DNA of 64,000 nucleotides from the human T2T-CHM13v2.0 reference genome, Homo sapiens, in the NCBI RefSeq assembly GCF_009914755.1, contig NC_060927.1; one strand, written 5' to 3'. Below, piece after piece: positions 58,358-64,000 of the stretch. Each line of letters begins with the position of its first letter. Position 1 is the stretch's first letter. The notes under the pieces were generated by a model. It was given only the letters and a program-made list of their open reading frames with translations. It had not been told where the DNA came from and did not search any database. Position numbers and translations under genes: made by a program.

Positions 58358-60694
58358 TTATATCATCTACTGCTCAGGCTTCACAGGCACCTCCAGATAC
58401 TCCCTAGACTTCCATTAAAAATAATTTAACATATGTCCTAGGAAGAGTATAAGAAGAATCTAAAGGTCTTATTGACAACTCTTTATGAATCCTCACTAGT
58501 CTTCCTTTTCCCTTTTTCATTTACTCCCTTTCTCTCATCTTCCTTAGGTTTGTTTTTTTTTCTTTATCTCGACAGTACGTTCTCCTCCAAATAAATCCAA
58601 CTCAGTTCTTATTTAACCATATTCTCCATTAATCCCTGACCCCATCAACTGGAAGAAATGTCTCTCTCCTTAGAACCCTTTGGCATTTATCCACTGCTCT
58701 TTCTTTGCACTTATCAATCCTGGCCAGTGCTATTTTTATTTAAATGCTGTCTAAATTAATCCATGAATATTTCAAGTAAAGCAATGCAAAAATAAATTGG
58801 ACCTAGTGACCACAGTATGTCACATCTAATATGTATTCTATAAACATTTGACTGATGAAATATTTATAGAGGATTATCTAAAGGATAAGAAATTAAGTCA
58901 TTTTAGCTGTAGTTTAGCAGAATTTATCTTTGTGTTAAAGTAGACTATATCAAAAAGCTTCACAGTTAGATTAAACTCACAGAAACTATTTTACTGTGTA
59001 ACTTTGGAAAATATCAAATTTTTCAAATAATATAAAGCCACATTTAGCCGGATACTCTGCCAAGCATGCAGAGTAAAGAAAGTTATTTCTTCTAAAGTGT
59101 AGAAATTGTGGGAAAGGGAGAGGAGGGGAGGGAGAAAGAGGGAGGAAAAATGTTCACTTTCTATGTATTTATCTTCATTTTCATTTTTCCAATAAGAATT
59201 TTCTTAAAAATAAAAAAATAGTTGTAGGAAACTCATTTTATTTACTGCATGGATATTGGGATATGTTATCCTTTTCATAATGACAAATATGTGAAATTTA
59301 TCTCTAGTGTAAGTACCTACAAGCTTCAACATCAGCCTTATTTCTCCTGAGAAACATTATTTTTTCTCTTAGGAATTGTGAATTACATAATATCTACAAC
59401 ATACTAGTGTTTTGATTTCTTCACTTAGTCCATCAGCTACTCTGAAGGGTGTTCTTCATGTTCCTCCATCTACAAGAGGAGTATTAATTTCATGTTTAGG
59501 TGAGATAAAGATTACATGAAATTATGAAAAGTACTTTTCCCAGTGCACAGCTCAGAGTAAGAGCTTAAAAGTTAGAAGGCTTTATCATTTTGTCATTTTT
59601 ATAACATCTACGATCACTATAACTTTAAAGCCTAAAATGTTTGGCACTGTGTTATGCTGTTTTCTTCTCCAGTATTTTTTGGTGCATAAGATCTAGAAAT
59701 TTCAAAATCTATTTTAGTCATTTTTTAATATTATAGGAGTTGTGCATGGATAAGTTTCTTTTTCAAATAGTATCAGAAGGTCAGGAAAATGATAAACTAT
59801 TCTCTCAATAAACCTTAAGTTTTAGGCAGCATTTGTTAGCAACTTTTGTTTTTAGTTGTTTTGATAATTACCACAAGGGGAACATACATTCATATTACTA
59901 ATTTTTAATTACGAATTGTAGTCTGCCTCGTTTCCTTTCAGTTTTTAACAAAAATGCTGTGTGTAACATTCTGTTAAATTATATGTGATGCTAGTTGCAT
60001 ACATCAGAAGGAGGAAAAGTGGTATATTGTATGATAACATGTGAAGTCAATTGGCATGTTTAACGGGCAGAGGAAGAATGGGGAATAAGGACATATGCAG
60101 CATGATGTCCATCTTATATAGACTCTCATTAACAAAATACTATTTGGAGATCTACTTATTTCATTAGGTCTAAGACTATCTTAGTGATGGAACAGAATTA
60201 CACTTCAGGAAGTCCAGTCTTTGCCAACTTATTCTGTTTTAACAGTATCATGGGGACTTATGGTAGTTGAAGCCATCCGAAAGTTTGGTTTTCTTTTTAC
60301 AATGGTGAGTCTTTATCAGTAGACTGTAGTCTTTCCTTCCCATGTGAGCTCTATGAAGACATTGCCTTGTCCATGTTGTGTCTCCAGCACCTAGTACAGT
60401 GTCTCAATGAAAATCTGTTGAAGGGATCAATGTTTTGCTTTTAGCATTGACTGATAAATTTGCTGCTAAATTTTGATCTTTATTGTCATAAGTGTTCAGG
60501 AGCTCATGACGTTTTCATTTGGTATATGCATCTGCCTCAGAAATTTCTCTACCTTTGCTTTCCCATTTTTGAAATTTCTTTACATCCATCATTTTGAACA
60601 TTTTGTGTACTGCTTTTTATATATTTTTAGATATTATTTAAAATATATTATTAAGTAATCTTAAATAATGTTCAGTTCAATATTAGGTAGAACT

Positions 60695-60980
60695 GGCTGG
60701 GCACAGTGGCTCACGCCTATAATCCCAGCAATTTAGGAGGCTGAGGCAGGTGGATAACTTGAGGTCAGGAGTTCAATACCAGCCTGGCCAACATGGTGAA
60801 ATCCCATCTCTACTAAAAATACAAACATTAGCCGGTCATGGTGGTGTGCGCCTGTAATCACAGCTACTCAGGAGGCTGAGGTGGGAGAATCTCTTGAAAC
60901 CGGGGAGTTGGAAGTTGCAGGGAGCAGAGATAGTGCCACTGCATTCCAGTCTGGGCAACAGAGCTAGACTCTGTCTCAAA
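60695..60980 (+). mobile_element. AluS lacking a poly(A) tail
   Basis: Full body ggctgggcacagtggctcacgcc...ctctgtctcaaa followed directly by unrelated sequence. Confidence 0.93.
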
Positions 60981-62899
60981 TCTATATATGAAGGTTATAT
61001 GAACAGAAAGGGAAGTACTAGTGAAGGATGCAGAGGAGTGAAAGGGGTGAAAAGCAAGGGCCATATTCCCCACTAGTTGATTAGGTAGTAGCCAGACTGC
61101 CCCCGGTTGTAAATCCCTTATGATGTGAAGTTCCTAAGGTAGAAGAGGAGACAAAGCAGTTCTGGCTAAGTTATTACTCGCTTGTTATAAGTGACCAAAT
61201 GTAAGACGATTGAGAAATAATCATTCTTATCAGATTTGATTTAGTTCTAGTTATTTGGGGCTTTAAGATAGCAAAATTCTTGAATCAAAGCAAGTGGACA
61301 TGATGCAACTTGGAAATTCAACAAAACATCTACTTTATTCATAAGATTTCTACAACCCTAGACTTGCCAACATACAACTGTGACCTTTCTTTTTAGCATT
61401 TCTGAATCCCTACATTCACTATCTCAGAAAGCGAAATGAATACGTCCATTTCATTATGAGTTTGAAGTACACAGAAGATGGGTTTCCTGTCATTGAAATA
61501 CATGATCCTTTTTATAGTCCAGTTCCTCTTTCTCCCTTTATCTACTTATGTTGCTGATAAAGATTAAAGGCTATCTCTTGCTGTCTATTGTTTCTTCTTC
61601 ATTTTAAGAATAGAACATACTAAGTGTTAGATGAGAATATGTCCTCCCAGCTACACTTTTCATTCTCCCATGAAGAAAGATATGGCCACAGGATGCTAAC
61701 AGAAACATGTGTCACTTCCCAATCATCCACTTAAAGATGTCTGCCCTGTATTTTCTCTGCCTCTGTTGCCACTGGCTAGGAAATGGTGACAATCAGAACA
61801 ATCTAGGGGAGCCTTATGGTGACAATGATGCAGCTGCTTCATATTCCTGGTTCACTTGCCACTCTCAGTATTAAATGAGAGATTTGAAAAAAAAAATCTA
61901 CCTTACTTAAGATATGATATTAACTAAGCTACTATAACATAAAGACTGCAGCAACATTAATTCTCGTGTTCTTATGTTAACTGCAAATGAAATCACATTT
62001 GATTCTTATGTCTTATTGATATATTTATTTTAATTACCTGCAAGACCTAATTACCCAAAGTAGCAGTAAAGCGAAAACTCTATAAAGGTTTTCTCAAACT
62101 CTGTGAAGTGTATCAGACCCTGTGAGGTGTACCCAGCCCAAAGGAAACATTTCATTAGCAAGTGCATACCAAAAGAGATATACCAGGTTTTATGTTGGAC
62201 CTCATTAAAATATTTGAATTAGTGGGTCACTATGGTTAATATATTTGAGGAAAAAGAGTCACTTTCACCTCCTTGGTAGGAGTATATTTGGGAATTTTGT
62301 ATCTACAAAAATTAAAAATATGTAAACTGTTTGTTCCAGAAATTTTGACTCTAGTAATTTAGTATAGGAATATACTCAATGAATTATGCTAAGATATAAA
62401 TTTCTTACAGTGCTGTTTAGAAGACAAAAATAACTAAAATCTGAACCAAACTGGAAACAACCCAAATTCTCTTAAAAAAAGTTGATTTTATAAATTATAA
62501 TTCATCCATACATTGATATTCTTAGCAGTCATTTAAAATCTATTTAAAAAGTTAAATAGATTTCATTCTACAGACCAGTAACTGACAAAAGCAAGTTGCC
62601 AAAAATATAACATAATCATACTTTATTTTACTACATATTCAAAGAAGTCTTAAAATACAAGGGATCAATATTATTTATAAAATTTTACACCTTAACCAAC
62701 CTTTCTCTTTTCTTGATCCTATTATTATTAGAAAAAAAATAAAAATAAGAAATGTTTCTTTCATCACAATAAGAAAGAGCCAAAAGAAACTTCTGGGACG
62801 TAATGATAAATCATATTCTAATTCTTTCTTTCTTCCCTCACTAATGTTTTATATGACTTAAAACCAGAAGGGGCAATTGCAAGATAGTAAAACCATTTA

Positions 62900-63175
62900 T
62901 TTAACATTCCAACTTCACTATTATTGTTGCCTTATCAACTTTTCTTTATGTTGCTTTATAATAGTTATCACAGCCTGAACTTATTCATTGTTTCCATTTG
63001 TTTCTTTGTGTCTTCGTTATTGTCTGTTTACTCTGTCCTCCAAAAACTTGCTGAAGTGTAAGTTGCATGAGGCCGGAGCTTTGTTTTTTCTGTTGTTTAG
63101 TATATTATCTTAACGTCAAAGAGCAATATCCTTTATGAATGAGTGAATCAATAAATATTTATTAATTGAAAGAAT
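62900..63175 (+). mobile_element. L2 3' fragment
   Basis: aagtgtaagttgcatgaggccggagctttgtt...aataaatatttattaattgaaagaataaat. Confidence 0.55.
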
Positions 63176-64000
63176 AAATACTTTTCCAAATTAATGAATT
63201 ATAAACTTGGAGTTTGTACCTCTTCTCTTGTATTGTCACCCTAGTCGTGACAATCATATTAAGATCTAGTCTAATATTTTACCAAAAAATGTGTGCAAAA
63301 GTTCAAAAATCATAAAAGTACAATTAATTTTTATTAAATCAGAGAATATGTTTTTTTCATTATTTGTATTTAAAGACATGTATACCTTTTATTCTAACAA
63401 TACATTCAGCAAATTTAGCATTATACCAGTGACTGGCTTCAATTAAAATACAAGTTTCAATACGTGTTTGGTCTGTATAATTTGGGGAAAGAGTTTCTGG
63501 AGTGGTGTTTTGTCTTGTTCTAACTGAAAAATAATTCTGCATAAAAATTATTTGCTTGCATACTGAACATGTTGAAGTTTTTCAGATTGGGTACTTAACC
63601 CAAAAATTGAATGTGTGCTGGGGCATTACCTTGCACTTTCTTCTGTGAGCCTCATAGTAACTTTGATTTCGTTGTTAGGGTAAGAAAAAAAAATGGAAAT
63701 AAGTCAAGGACTCTTTGTGTTGGGAAAAAGAATCATTCCTGTAATTTCACAAAAGTTGGTGCTTTCTTATGAAGATGATGTGATTAAAATAGAAAGATGA
63801 TTGAATATGTCTTGGGAAATAAAGTGGGTTGGTGTGTTAAATATTCTTTTGAGTGCCTTTTAAAAGTGAAAAGGTACTTAAAAAATAAAATATAGTACTT
63901 TGAAAATAAGAATGTAACTTATAAGAAAGATGCTTAACCTTGGATTCAATAATTACTTTTGAAGATTTGCTATTCATTTGAAGAAGTCTGTCTATTATAT

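Overview
This is AT-rich primate (human-like) genomic DNA with no recognisable protein-coding gene, RNA gene or CRISPR array. The window is dominated by transposable-element relics: nine Alus, several L1s, L2/MIR fragments, two near-full-length Tigger1 DNA transposons, a two-LTR MST (MaLR) element, two ERV9 solo LTRs (LTR12C and LTR12F-like), older ERV1/ERVL LTRs and an ERVL pol relic. The ORF-track entries are repeat-derived or short random ORFs. Three structures stand out. (1) A 169-bp inverted repeat with 166/169 paired positions at 2043-2211/2850-3018, with no transposon signature I could recognise. (2) A polyadenylated, TSD-flanked retrocopy of a non-L1 transcript ending at an MST LTR poly(A) site (50696-51367). 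(3) A four-level nested L1/MST/Tigger1/Alu cluster containing a 1.27-kb AT-rich minisatellite. Family and subfamily calls come from recalled consensus sequences, not from a database search, and many boundaries are approximate.
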